DNA from: a virus | Virus record (IMG/VR): IMGVR_UViG_3300042923_001106 | Span: 32,001 to 96,000 of that record | Direction: 5' to 3' (one strand) | DNA: 64,000 nt | Shown here: positions 16,991-27,818 of the stretch, in pieces | Position numbering within the stretch: position 1 is the first letter of the stretch | How the letters are laid out: each line of letters begins with the position of its first letter | The notes under the pieces: generated by a model | What the model was told of the DNA's origin: nothing | Database searches by the model: none | Seen by the model: the letters and a program-made list of their open reading frames with translations, nothing else | Position numbers and translations under genes: made by a program

Positions 16991-19792
16991 ATGGAGGCGT
17001 TCCAAATGCACTATATTTACAAACGGGAAGCAAAGGTAATGATTGCTCATGCACTCGAAAAAAACGGATGGAAAGTTTACGGCTATCACGAAGACCAATC
17101 CGACAGCATGACCGACTATTATCACCCGGCCTCGTGGGATGGAATCGCTACAAAGAACGGTCATACACTCGTTATTGATAATTCCAATACATACTATTCC
17201 GGTTATGAAGTAAAGAAATATAACTATTCTGCACGTAAAGCTGTTGTAAATAACAATAACAAGATTGAAAAACTTCGTGCACTCGCTAATGATGAAGGAG
17301 CGACAGAAGGAGAAAAGGCGGCAGCACGTGAAGGAATCGAGCGCCTAACAGGTAAAGAAGCAAATGACGAACCTACATGGACAGTCATCGGCACTTACCC
17401 AACGTTTGCCCACGGTAATCCGGGTAAATGTTCATGGCACATAGAAAAAGACGGTCAAATATTGGCTAAAGGAACCGGCGTGTTTGCTTGCAATGAGTAT
17501 GATTGGGAGGACAAGACAAAAACAGCAGCAGAACAGAAACAGGAAAAAGTTACAGATATTATTGCTCGATTTGAAAAGGTATTAGGGGATTCTGATGCAC
17601 TGCAAGCCGAAGTAATTAAAGTTGAAAAGAAAATTATTAAACATGTAGAAATTGAAAAGACAAGTGTAACAGAAAGTGAAATTACCGAATGTTTTACTTT
17701 TATTATGAAGATTGATTACACGGGAGGTAATTGGAAGGGCAATAAATGGCAGATGGTTAGAAGATATGACAGCGAGAAAAGCGGAGCGAACTTTATATTT
17801 CAGCGCTTAGGTAAGCGCGGCAAGCCTGTTAATGGTGATTGGTGGTTAAGTGTTGAAAAACTTAATAAGATTCTTTCCAAAGGACACATTGCAATTGTAG
17901 AAATGCAAGAGGTTACAGAATACGAAGAAAAGACCGTATTTAAGAAAACTGGACGCAAGCAGCCTCAAGCAAACTTTGACAATGACGCTTTACCGGGAGA
18001 TGTTGAGGAGGAAACAACAGAAGAAACTACACAGGAGTCCGCACAAGCAAAGAAACAAACTGTAAAGCATGAAACAGTATCCGACAACGATCAAGCGACT
18101 AAAAAGCAACTATGGGCGCTACACTGTGCAACAAAGTTAAACACGACTAACCTTTTTATTACAAAAACTAAAGCGTCCGAGTTAATCAGCAAATCGAAAG
18201 CCGGTACAGATATAACGGACGAAGTGAAAGCATTATTAGGTATTGTAGACGCTCCAGAAGTGAAAGAGGAGTCGATAAAAGTAAATGCACAAGAGAGTCA
18301 ACAGAACGACGAAGATCCTGCAGATTGGATCTTAGACTATGCCACAAGTATTATAATGGATGATAATACGGATTCGGTTAAGAAACCGGAAACGGAGGAA
18401 GAAAAAGCAGATTTTAGAAACAAAATAATTGAGTATGTGAAGTACAAAGGAGATTCTGTTACCCAATCTCTTATCAATCATTTTATCTCATTAGGTTCTG
18501 GCGTAACCATCTTGTTAATTGTAGAGGCTTTGCAATCATTGAACGGTTCCCATAACAGCATAGACGAATTAAAGCAGGATGATTATACATTCAATATCGA
18601 TTCGTCATATCTGTACCACGATATACATTTCAAAGCATGGAACATGGAAATAGAACAAATTGAGCCGTATTTGAATGTTCGGGAAATACCATTTTACATT
18701 GCTGGTGATAAGTTTATATGTAAAGGTTTGACTATTGAACAAGTACAATTTATCGAAGGTTTGAACGCATCCAATCAGGCGATATTGTTTTATGATGATA
18801 AATACAACGAAAAGCCCAATAACAGCACCAGAACAGAAGAGCTTGAGAATCAGAATGAAAACACAATTTTATCATCCGATAACATTATATATCATAACTT
18901 TACCAGCAACCAAACCAATAAAGAGGAGACTGAAAACGAATATATGATTGACGATGACTTTTTAAGCAAATTTGATAATGTCGAAGTAACAAATGAGTCA
19001 AAGATTGCCGCTGATGACTTGGAATTCTGTAAGGAACAAGAAGACATTTATAAAAAACTTATTTCAACGTATAACAGTTTTAGTAGTCAATTGCAGGACA
19101 TTTCAAAATTAACTAAATCCATTAGTGAAAATTATACTTATACTAATAATGGATATACGCATAGACACGATACAGCATACTCTAGCAGCTTTTCACAAAG
19201 CGATATTAATGAAAAAATTAATAAAATGAAAGATCGCTTTATTAGCACAATCTGCTATTACTTTGAAAGAAAATACAATATAACAATTCAAGAAGAGAAA
19301 ATACAGAAAAAATATAAAGAATCCGTAACACTAGAAAACATTTTAGATGAAATACATATACAGTTAGAAGGATTCAATTTCACTGAGAAAGCAGAAAAAG
19401 AAATCAAGGACAAATCAAAAGAAATTGTAAGAAATAGTGATAAAATTACAATTAAAAACAACAAATTAATAATTGATGCTTGGTTTTCTCGCCTTGATTC
19501 AATTTGGAAAGAGTATAGAACTAACGGAGAAAGACTTACCAATATTTTTAATGCTCTCCAGCACTTCGAAAATGGGCAAATAAAAGGCAATGAGGAACTA
19601 ACTAAGAAATATATTGGCTATGATAACGAACGCAGCCAGTCAAACTATGAACGTTATGAACCGACAACATTAAGTAAAGTTGCTTCGATCAAAATTTTGA
19701 AAAATGGAAAACTTGAAATTGAATTTAAATCAAATCAACAGGCTACACAATTTGCAAAGGTTTATTGCGGATACAATCAAAAATCAGCATAA
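16991..19792 (+). CDS. Large multi-domain (polyvalent-like) phage protein
   Basis: 933 aa with acidic low-complexity linkers; immediately upstream of the MTase-helicase fusion. Confidence 0.7.
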   Translation: MEAFQMHYIYKREAKVMIAHALEKNGWKVYGYHEDQSDSMTDYYHPASWDGIATKNGHTLVIDNSNTYYSGYEVKKYNYSARKAVVNNNNKIEKLRALANDEGATEGEKAAAREGIERLTGKEANDEPTWTVIGTYPTFAHGNPGKCSWHIEKDGQILAKGTGVFACNEYDWEDKTKTAAEQKQEKVTDIIARFEKVLGDSDALQAEVIKVEKKIIKHVEIEKTSVTESEITECFTFIMKIDYTGGNWKGNKWQMVRRYDSEKSGANFIFQRLGKRGKPVNGDWWLSVEKLNKILSKGHIAIVEMQEVTEYEEKTVFKKTGRKQPQANFDNDALPGDVEEETTEETTQESAQAKKQTVKHETVSDNDQATKKQLWALHCATKLNTTNLFITKTKASELISKSKAGTDITDEVKALLGIVDAPEVKEESIKVNAQESQQNDEDPADWILDYATSIIMDDNTDSVKKPETEEEKADFRNKIIEYVKYKGDSVTQSLINHFISLGSGVTILLIVEALQSLNGSHNSIDELKQDDYTFNIDSSYLYHDIHFKAWNMEIEQIEPYLNVREIPFYIAGDKFICKGLTIEQVQFIEGLNASNQAILFYDDKYNEKPNNSTRTEELENQNENTILSSDNIIYHNFTSNQTNKEETENEYMIDDDFLSKFDNVEVTNESKIAADDLEFCKEQEDIYKKLISTYNSFSSQLQDISKLTKSISENYTYTNNGYTHRHDTAYSSSFSQSDINEKINKMKDRFISTICYYFERKYNITIQEEKIQKKYKESVTLENILDEIHIQLEGFNFTEKAEKEIKDKSKEIVRNSDKITIKNNKLIIDAWFSRLDSIWKEYRTNGERLTNIFNALQHFENGQIKGNEELTKKYIGYDNERSQSNYERYEPTTLSKVASIKILKNGKLEIEFKSNQQATQFAKVYCGYNQKSA

Positions 19793-19852
19793 CAGGAGCA
19801 TAAAAAAGGAGCCAGCGTTTTTATAAGTTGGCTCCTAGAAAGAAGGTTAATC

Positions 19853-22800
19853 ATGTATCAGATATCTAATACGGTCATACCACAAAATAAACGCGAGACG
19901 CTAAACAACAAAATTTTGCATCTGATCGAGAATAACCTAACTCAAAAATATAACGTGACTCCCAGTGATGTCTACAACGGCTATACGGGTTTCGGTGGTT
20001 TGCATGGTCTGAACTACAACGATTTCAATTCATATCATGCATTCAGTGAAGCGAAAAAACAAATCGAACTAGGGGCATTCTATACGCCTCATCATGTCTG
20101 CAAATTTCTTATAGAATGCTTGAAACCTTCTAGCCACGATCTAATAACAGACATGACATGTGGAATCGGAAACTTTTTTAACTGGCTTCCGAATCATTCT
20201 AATGTATATGGAAATGAAATTGACATTCGCGCTTACAAGGTGGCAAAATATCTTTACCCAAATATCAACATAACAGCGGATGACATTCGAAGCTGGTCAC
20301 CTAGCGTTTCGCTCGATTTGGTTATCGGTAATCCCCCATATAATCTAAAATTTAAAGTAGGCAAAGACGAATACCTTTCACAACTATACTACTGTCTAAA
20401 GTCTTATGACGTTCTCAAGCCTTCTGGACTTCTCGCTTTAATCCTTCCAGCATCATTCCTAGCAGATGATTTTAGCGACTCAGGCATGATCAAAACAATC
20501 AACGATAAATTTAACTTTATATATCAGGCCGAATTACCTTCTAATGTGTTCAAGTCTGTATCTGTAGAAAATTATCGTACCAAAATTATGTTCTTTCAAA
20601 AGAAAAGCGAACAAATAGCAGCCGATAAACCATATTCCACAACTTTACCTATAACAGCCATTGATCAAAATAGCAGCGATTTTATTTATAATACATATAT
20701 CAAGCCAGTTATCGAACAAAAAGAAAAAGTTAAGCATAAATTGTTTTTTGAGCAATTACATAGTAACAGTGGTGACGTAGAATTTCAGGAGAAAGTAAAA
20801 AAGTATCTCTTTGATATCAAGCGCAATAAATATGTTAAAAATTACTATGCCAAAGCTACTGAGTACGTGAATAGATATCACACGCAGAAACAACCTGAAG
20901 GAATGAAGTGGGATGAGTGGGAAAAGATCAGAATCAAAAAAGGAATGGTATTGTCATATCTTAAGAGAATCATCAAGAATCAACATAACAATGAACGAGA
21001 TGAGATACGGCTAATTAAAACAAATTTTTCAATCAAACTCAAGGGATACTCTCAGAAAAATAAAATATATCTATCCAAGTTTACCGGAACAAAAGAAATA
21101 TCATTCAATGATATGATCCTTAATGGCTCCTATCCATTTGAAGATGAAACATATAAATTTTTATATAACAGCAAACGTAAAAAGTTTCTAGTGCAATCAA
21201 AACCATTTAAGCAGATTAATGAAAATTCTAATATCAAATCATGGTTAGACAATTTCAGCCTGTACAATCAGGAAAAGAAAGAAACAATTCACCTAAAGGA
21301 TTTTCAAAAAGAGGATTTACAGAAGATCCTCCAGAAAGACAAAGCACTATTGGCTTGGAATGTCGGCCTCGGTAAAACAGAAGCGGGAATCACATGGATG
21401 TCATACATCAACCAGCATAAACATGTTAAGAATACATTCATTGTTTCATCTAGTATTTCAATTAAAATGACATGGACTCAACGGCTATCGAACTATGGCA
21501 TTAACTTTAAAAAAATAGAGTCACTAAAGGATATTAAAACTTTAACAAAAGGCGAGATTGTGCTAATCTCCTTTAGTATGCTTGTTAAGTACCAGAAGCA
21601 CTTAAAACATTACATCAAGAAGCAAGGAAGAAAACTAGCATTGATTCTCGATGAAAGTCACCGCTGTATCTATCCAAACACAAAGACAACGAAAGCAGCC
21701 TTATCTGTATTTCAACGTGTACCGTATAAATTATTAGCTTCTGGAACGCCAACGAAAAACAATGCTAACGAATTGTATTTACAATTCATGATCTTGTATG
21801 GAAGTAGCATCAATTTCTTATGTGAGTGTGAATATATATCTGTAGAAGACAAGAAAACCGGAGAATGGAAAGAGGTTCAGAATAAGTACTACATGAAGCC
21901 ATTCCCACAATATAATCAATCATTGTTTTCTGCTTGCTTCTCGCCAAAAAAAGCATCAGTTTTTGGAATTGAAAAAGGCAACCAAAATATTTTAAACTCG
22001 GATAAGCTGATTAAACTAATTGAAAAAACAATTATAGTGCGTAGTATGTTCGAAGTGTTAAACAGAGATATGGTCGAGTTTAAGACTCATCGTATAGAAC
22101 AGAACGTGAACGAAAAAGAAGTGTATCGGCTAATCATGGAGGAGTTTCATTCTATGGTTAGGAATTACTATGGATCGACTGGAAACCACAGAAAAGATAC
22201 TATGTTGCGGATCATCCAGCAAATTATGCTTCTTCAAAAAGCCGTAAGTATCCCACATAAACTAAAAGAGTACAACGGATACAAAGAGCCGAATAAATAC
22301 AAGAAAATTGTAAATATAGTAAACACTGCTAAGAACGAAAAAGTAGCATTAGGTGTAACGTTTATTGATTCGGCTACTTACTACTATCACAAGTTAAGAA
22401 GCGAGTTTCCAGATAGAAGGCTGTTCCAAATCCTTGGTGAAACACCATTCAAAAAACGCCAAGAGACTATTCAAGAGTTCGAGTCAACTACAAATGGCAT
22501 CCTTGTTTCGTCCCAACAATCACTCTCCGAGAGCGTCAATATCCCATCCTGTGACGTAGTAATATGCGAAGGTCTTCAATATAACATAGCCAACATTATG
22601 CAGTATGTGGGACGATTTACGCGCTTAAACAGCGAGAATAAGACGGTTATTCACTTTGTAACATATATAAACTCATTAGAACAGAATATTCTAGCTCTAT
22701 TAATGGCAAAGCAACGCATAAATGAATTTATAAAACAATGTGAGTACAAAGAAGATGCTGTGATATTTGATGAATTTGGAATCAGTTTGGATATTTTCAA

Positions 22801-22873
22801 CAACATCATCACAAAAGAAAAAGACGAAAACGGTCTGACAAAATTGAAATGGGGAGAGCAGTCAATTGTCTAA
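19853..22873 (+). CDS. N6-adenine methyltransferase-SNF2 helicase fusion (DarB-like)
   Basis: 1006 aa; GAFYTP, DMTCGIG, GNPPY (MTase motifs); NVGLGKT, LILDESH, ASGTP, GRFTR (SF2 helicase motifs). Confidence 0.85.
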   Translation: MYQISNTVIPQNKRETLNNKILHLIENNLTQKYNVTPSDVYNGYTGFGGLHGLNYNDFNSYHAFSEAKKQIELGAFYTPHHVCKFLIECLKPSSHDLITDMTCGIGNFFNWLPNHSNVYGNEIDIRAYKVAKYLYPNINITADDIRSWSPSVSLDLVIGNPPYNLKFKVGKDEYLSQLYYCLKSYDVLKPSGLLALILPASFLADDFSDSGMIKTINDKFNFIYQAELPSNVFKSVSVENYRTKIMFFQKKSEQIAADKPYSTTLPITAIDQNSSDFIYNTYIKPVIEQKEKVKHKLFFEQLHSNSGDVEFQEKVKKYLFDIKRNKYVKNYYAKATEYVNRYHTQKQPEGMKWDEWEKIRIKKGMVLSYLKRIIKNQHNNERDEIRLIKTNFSIKLKGYSQKNKIYLSKFTGTKEISFNDMILNGSYPFEDETYKFLYNSKRKKFLVQSKPFKQINENSNIKSWLDNFSLYNQEKKETIHLKDFQKEDLQKILQKDKALLAWNVGLGKTEAGITWMSYINQHKHVKNTFIVSSSISIKMTWTQRLSNYGINFKKIESLKDIKTLTKGEIVLISFSMLVKYQKHLKHYIKKQGRKLALILDESHRCIYPNTKTTKAALSVFQRVPYKLLASGTPTKNNANELYLQFMILYGSSINFLCECEYISVEDKKTGEWKEVQNKYYMKPFPQYNQSLFSACFSPKKASVFGIEKGNQNILNSDKLIKLIEKTIIVRSMFEVLNRDMVEFKTHRIEQNVNEKEVYRLIMEEFHSMVRNYYGSTGNHRKDTMLRIIQQIMLLQKAVSIPHKLKEYNGYKEPNKYKKIVNIVNTAKNEKVALGVTFIDSATYYYHKLRSEFPDRRLFQILGETPFKKRQETIQEFESTTNGILVSSQQSLSESVNIPSCDVVICEGLQYNIANIMQYVGRFTRLNSENKTVIHFVTYINSLEQNILALLMAKQRINEFIKQCEYKEDAVIFDEFGISLDIFNNIITKEKDENGLTKLKWGEQSIV

Positions 22874-23109
22874 GGGAGAATCGAATATTCTCCCTAAAAT
22901 AAAACTTGATTTTTATAAAGTAAAAGTATATAAATAAAATTAACAAGTAAACCAATTGCAGAAATTTTAAGGGAGGAATACAAAAATGTTCAAAAGCGGA
23001 AAAAGGATTAACGGCAAGTTGTATGTGCGAACCCATAAGGGAAATCTAATTGAATTATCGCTGCTAATTATATAAGTAAAAACATAATATAAAAGGGGTT
23101 TTGTTTATA

Positions 23110-23499
23110 ATGACTGAACAATTGGTAATGGACATAACAAATGATCTGAAAGCAACTGGCAACTTTAAACAGTACAACATTTCCGACATAAACAAGCACT
23201 ATCTTGATTCGTTTCAAAAAGGAAAATACCCGGATCTTTTGACTGATAAAAAGCAACGAATGAGTTTTAACCAATACCGATGCACCGTGAACAATTTTCT
23301 CGAATCGCTTTCTAAAGACGTTGCAATGGTTAAACGTGAGGATATTGATAACTTTCTTGCCCTGATCCCGAATGAGACGACAAGAGGCAACAAAGCAGCT
23401 CACATAAAAAGCTTCCTTGTATATCTCATATCTAACAATGTTAAGAATTGCACGAGCAAGATAAGTCGGGACTTGTTGATAAAACTTTTGGAGATGTAG
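23110..23499 (+). CDS. Stand-alone integrase N-terminal (SAM-like/core-binding) domain protein
   Basis: YRCTVNNFLESL...VKREDIDNFL...TRGNKAAHIKSFLVYL; no catalytic domain. Confidence 0.55.
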   Translation: MTEQLVMDITNDLKATGNFKQYNISDINKHYLDSFQKGKYPDLLTDKKQRMSFNQYRCTVNNFLESLSKDVAMVKREDIDNFLALIPNETTRGNKAAHIKSFLVYLISNNVKNCTSKISRDLLIKLLEM

Positions 23500-23720
23500 T
23501 AACTAAACATGATCCAATGAAATCAGAATTTTATTTGGAGTAAAAAATAAAAAATGGAGTGATAACAATGAAAACAAAAGAAGAATTATTAAAGTATTAT
23601 GAAAAGCAACTAGAAAAGGTAACTAACACCTACAAAGATGATCATAGAAAAGAAGAATACATCAAACAAGCAGAGGAAAATTTAGAGGCAGTAAAGAACG
23701 GGAGAGAGTGGTAATTAATT

Positions 23721-23954
23721 ATGAAACTATACAAAGTTTACGAAGGTAGCATTGAAGCAATGAAAAATACGCCTTGCAAAGTTGTTATATTTGCAGATGG
23801 GAATAACATTAAAATTTTTCAAAAAGCTTTTTATAGAAATAAATTAAGCAGACCAAACTCGATAAGAAATATAATTTTAGAAAAAACAAAAAATATCAAT
23901 TCAATTGAAAGTGTTCTATATTCTTCGGGCTTCGTACCAAAGGAAGTACATTAA
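23721..23954 (+). CDS. Hypothetical protein
   Basis: 77-aa ORF. Confidence 0.6.
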   Translation: MKLYKVYEGSIEAMKNTPCKVVIFADGNNIKIFQKAFYRNKLSRPNSIRNIILEKTKNINSIESVLYSSGFVPKEVH

Positions 23955-24161
23955 ATGTTAATACAATACGAAAAAATTAAAGTCGGCGATACATTGATTT
24001 GTAATGTATTAAGTAATAATGGAATTACACAAATCGAACATATTGTAACTAGAATAGAATTTTTGGATATGTATGGAATCAGATCAGATATTAATAAAGA
24101 AGTTGCTATTCTAGGCGCAAGTATCTTAGAACATAAAACGTCTAATAACACAACAAAATAA
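23955..24161 (+). CDS. Hypothetical protein
   Basis: 68-aa ORF. Confidence 0.6.
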   Translation: MLIQYEKIKVGDTLICNVLSNNGITQIEHIVTRIEFLDMYGIRSDINKEVAILGASILEHKTSNNTTK

Positions 24162-24192
24162 TGCTTTCATCGTCACTTAGGAGCGAACCACT

Positions 24193-24438
24193 ATGCTAGA
24201 CTCAAAAATTATTATGTTAATCCATAACAGAAAAGCAGAAATAAAGCAGGGGCAGAGACAACAATTAATTAAGCATGGGTTCGGAAAAAATTCAAGGGAT
24301 ATTGATAAACAAGCAACGGATGCGTTTTTCAAAATGGCCGAAGAAAGCAAAGAAGACCTAAATGCTTATATTGAATTTGAAAAAGATTATGTCGAGTGTA
24401 ATCAAAGACTTATTCAGTTAAGACTTAGCAGCCAATGA
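24193..24438 (+). CDS. Hypothetical protein
   Basis: 81-aa ORF with RBS. Confidence 0.6.
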   Translation: MLDSKIIMLIHNRKAEIKQGQRQQLIKHGFGKNSRDIDKQATDAFFKMAEESKEDLNAYIEFEKDYVECNQRLIQLRLSSQ

Positions 24439-24549
24439 AAGAAGTTTTCGCAGCCCAATGGGACATGTTATAATTGTCATAATATACATAGGCTAACACT
24501 TAACAGTCAAGGGGAATGAAACCAGTCTTTCATAGGATAACAGAGAGGA

Positions 24550-24807
24550 TTGATAAAAATGGAAGAGGTAAAAGTAGGTTTCCAGCATCCTGATTATGGT
24601 ATTCCATGTATCGCAATATGGGATGAGGATGGGGAAACATTGATGTTTGATATTGAAGATTACGAAGAAGCAGAGAAATGGAATCCCGCCGAAGACGTTG
24701 AAGCGGTTCGTCAATGGTGCATGAGGAACGCAATTAACTGTGACAGTGCAAATCGAGCAAATAATCACTTGGCATTCCTAGGAATTAAAGAGTGCATAGC
24801 CGATTAA
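24550..24807 (+). CDS. Hypothetical protein
   Basis: 85-aa acidic ORF. Confidence 0.65.
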   Translation: MIKMEEVKVGFQHPDYGIPCIAIWDEDGETLMFDIEDYEEAEKWNPAEDVEAVRQWCMRNAINCDSANRANNHLAFLGIKECIAD

Positions 24808-24857
24808 TCACCCTAAATAGGTTATAAAACAAGTATTTTATCTCATGAACAGGGGGA

Positions 24858-25130
24858 TTGCCTGTGCGCTGCAAAGTGTCAAATGGGTATGCAGAAATCG
24901 GAGATATTATTTCTGTTAGTGAGTATGGTAATGCGCAATATAAAGTCACTGAGTTTGGGGACTATGAAGGCGCGCCGCAAATTAGATATCGAAGGATTTT
25001 TCCTGAGACTGGTGAATTCTATCCAGATACAATTGGATCATGGATGAGCTTAGAAGATGCTTCAACGGAGTTAAGATTGGTTAGCCAAAAGAAAAAGTTT
25101 AGTCTTCGTAATTGGATTAGTGGCAGATGA
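24858..25130 (+). CDS. Hypothetical protein
   Basis: 90 aa, bounded by motif copies at 24824 and 25127. Confidence 0.65.
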   Translation: MPVRCKVSNGYAEIGDIISVSEYGNAQYKVTEFGDYEGAPQIRYRRIFPETGEFYPDTIGSWMSLEDASTELRLVSQKKKFSLRNWISGR

Positions 25131-25232
25131 AAACGGCATTTTATTTAGGATTTTTCTCTAATGAATTCTACATACACATTGTGGACTAGATTAAGATGCC
25201 AAAGGATATAAAATAAAACCAATGATGTAACT

Positions 25233-25544
25233 TCAAATAAATAATGGTTTTGGTCGAACTAAAAGTATAACATTTGTGGGTTTATGTTTATTCAATAATT
25301 CATACATTCTAAACCTTCCAAATGGGTTAGCAGAATGAATAACAATCTTTTTTGGATATGTTCTGTTCTGCACCATGTATCTAACGACTTCATAACCAGA
25401 TGGTTTGCCAAAGCCTAGATCATGGTCTAATGACAATGTGTTTACCTTATACTTGGTTATAATCTTAATACATTCATCTACTGTCTGAACATATTTATAT
25501 CCTTTTGGGCATGGACGAAGATCGTCCAAAAACACATTAATCAT
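25233..25544 (-). CDS. Cyclic-phosphate-processing receiver-like domain protein
   Basis: VFLDDLRPCP...LSLDHDLG...GYEV...IHSANPFG. Confidence 0.75.
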   Translation of the reverse strand: MINVFLDDLRPCPKGYKYVQTVDECIKIITKYKVNTLSLDHDLGFGKPSGYEVVRYMVQNRTYPKKIVIHSANPFGRFRMYELLNKHKPTNVILLVRPKPLFI

Positions 25545-25854
25545 AAGTTAATCACCTACAATGGAAGGTAAGATATCCTGTTATTTTATGAAGTGAGCAT
25601 AATGATTGATTGGACACATCGACAAAAAAGTAATTAAATAAAAAGTATAAATAAAAAGTGTATTTCATGTGGTGAACTAGGAGTTGAAATTGATGAATAA
25701 TTTGTTATGTAAATTGTCTGGACATTCACTTGATTTCTCAAAAGTTGTTGGACGACTATCAAAAACAAATTTAGTGAAATACAGATGTGTGCGATGCAAC
25801 AAAATAGTTGTGTGTAGATGAAATGTATCTTTCATTATGGAGGAGTGATGAAAA

Positions 25855-26142
25855 ATGAATCATTATAAATGGTTAGAGGAAAATCTTCCGACATTTTTTG
25901 AAAAGATGGGAATAAATCCTGAATACTCTCACGGCGTCATAGCGGCTCATGGTGATAAATGTGAAATGGCAAGAACATTGTTTAAAAGAAATGGATTAAA
26001 ATACTGTCATGGGGTAGCCATCTATCTTTTACTAAGTTTTGAGCCATATGCTAATCAAGTACGACAAACAGTAAATGGTTGGATTGATCCATTTGAGTGG
26101 ATTGTTAATAACAAAGATAAATTCGAGCCTTACTTGTCTTAA
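25855..26142 (+). CDS. Hypothetical protein
   Basis: 95-aa ORF; its RBS follows the motif at 25818. Confidence 0.7.
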   Translation: MNHYKWLEENLPTFFEKMGINPEYSHGVIAAHGDKCEMARTLFKRNGLKYCHGVAIYLLLSFEPYANQVRQTVNGWIDPFEWIVNNKDKFEPYLS

Positions 26143-26207
26143 CCCAAATAACATTAATAAATAAAAAAATCTACATTTTATTCGATAACAGAGGAGGAGC
26201 AAACAAC

Positions 26208-26396
26208 ATGAAATCTTTGGTTGGGTATAATGTTAAAGTTGAAACATCCAGACAGAATTATAGCGGAGTTGTAGTTGGTCATTTATTCCAGTCCAGTAAA
26301 GTAGATGTGAAGATTACAGAAGTAATCAAAGGAAATAAGAAAGTAGGAAAAGTCGCTCGGTTCTCAATGGATCAAATTACAACGGTTTCGGCATAA
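26208..26396 (+). CDS. Hypothetical protein
   Basis: 62 aa; stop codon lies in the motif. Confidence 0.65.
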   Translation: MKSLVGYNVKVETSRQNYSGVVVGHLFQSSKVDVKITEVIKGNKKVGKVARFSMDQITTVSA

Positions 26397-26429
26397 AATT
26401 TGCATTTTAACGGGAGGGAAGGGGTTAAA

Positions 26430-26783
26430 ATGATTAATCTGTATGTTGACGATCTTCGTGATTGTCCTGAAGGCTTCGTTGTTGCTCGTACATATGAAGA
26501 AGCAATTAACCTTGTGGAAAATAACGAAATTGAAATCCTTACACTTGATCATGACCTTGGAGAAGACGCCAATGGCAAGGAACTTCCCAATGGATATGAC
26601 TTCGTTAAATGGTTCTGTGAAAACGGTAAACGAGCAAACAAAATTTATCTTCATACCGACAACCCTGTGGGTCGCAATAATATGTATGAAACGCTTCTCG
26701 CTGCTCAAAGAAGAGGTTTTATTGATGAAGATATTGAAATTTATCATTATCCGATTACGGCAAACAAATATTCTGGGCAATGA
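26430..26783 (+). CDS. Cyclic-phosphate-processing receiver-like domain protein (second paralog)
   Basis: LYVDDLRDCP...LTLDHDLG...GYDF...LHTDNPVG; bounded by motifs at 26393 and 26780. Confidence 0.75.
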   Translation: MINLYVDDLRDCPEGFVVARTYEEAINLVENNEIEILTLDHDLGEDANGKELPNGYDFVKWFCENGKRANKIYLHTDNPVGRNNMYETLLAAQRRGFIDEDIEIYHYPITANKYSGQ

Positions 26784-26812
26784 AATATCTATTTCATTAG
26801 GAGGACTAACGA

Positions 26813-26974
26813 ATGGTTGAAAAGAAAGATTTCGAATTATTCACTAAAACATATCTTGCAGCAGGAGAAATGTTTGATTATGACGGGGATTCTTATGTTA
26901 CGATTTCTATTCTGGAAGTAAGAAGCAATTGGGAAGGAAAATGCATCATCACAGCACTTGTTGTTAAGCAATAA
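26813..26974 (+). CDS. Small hypothetical protein (53 aa)
   Basis: GGAGG RBS after motif 26780; TAA lies in motif 26971. Below the ORF-track cutoff. Confidence 0.6.
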   Translation: MVEKKDFELFTKTYLAAGEMFDYDGDSYVTISILEVRSNWEGKCIITALVVKQ

Positions 26975-27217
26975 AATGTCCATTTTAATTGGAGGAGTAA
27001 ACGAAGATGAGATATCCTACTTTATACGATAAGGATCAGATTGAATCAATTGTGTATCGACTTGTGGGCTACTGGAACAACGATAACTATGTACAATTTG
27101 TTAAACAATCAAATGAACTTTATGAGAAATACGGAGAGTTTCAAGCAGATGAGTTGATGAAAAAGATTAAGCAACAAATAAAATAATTGTTTTATTAACT
27201 AAAAGGAGTGAAAATAA

Positions 27218-27436
27218 ATGAATATATGTAATGTGTATATAAATGTGTCTACTTCATTGATTGGAACATGTGATGTGGAAGTATTTTATCATGATCCAGT
27301 ATGTGATGAATGGGATATAGATGAGGATTTAACAAAGAAAAATTTGAATTCGAGAACTGAAGCTGATTTATACATCAATGAACTTTGGCAGCAAGACGAC
27401 ATAACTATCCGAATTCAGGATGTTAGATATTTTTAA
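27218..27436 (+). CDS. Hypothetical protein
   Basis: 72-aa ORF with RBS. Confidence 0.65.
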   Translation: MNICNVYINVSTSLIGTCDVEVFYHDPVCDEWDIDEDLTKKNLNSRTEADLYINELWQQDDITIRIQDVRYF

Positions 27437-27451
27437 AAGGAGGAGCAAGAA

Positions 27452-27703
27452 ATGAGCCAACTTTACCTATCTAAACCAAGAGGCGATAACAAACATCGTC
27501 TGTGGTTCAAATCCGAAGATCCTAAGAAGGTGAGCGAGTTTAAAGTGGCATGCTTCATGAAAATGGATATTGTTAAAGTCCAACCAATTCACCATACGGA
27601 TTCGAAGGATTTTCAAGTATTCGAATTTTGGAATGGAACATTCGATGAAATCGTTACAGAGTGTCAGAAGGTTGCTCGTATTCTAAATATAGAATTAATA
27701 TAG
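27452..27703 (+). CDS. Hypothetical protein
   Basis: 83-aa ORF with RBS. Confidence 0.65.
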   Translation: MSQLYLSKPRGDNKHRLWFKSEDPKKVSEFKVACFMKMDIVKVQPIHHTDSKDFQVFEFWNGTFDEIVTECQKVARILNIELI

Positions 27704-27818
27704 GTATATCTTTGACCTTTAATTATGCTTATGCTGATTTTAATATAAATGCATCGGAAGTATCTGAGTCATAAAAGGAGAAGTTACTTTCTGGGCGGAT
27801 AAAATCCAAACAGGAGGC

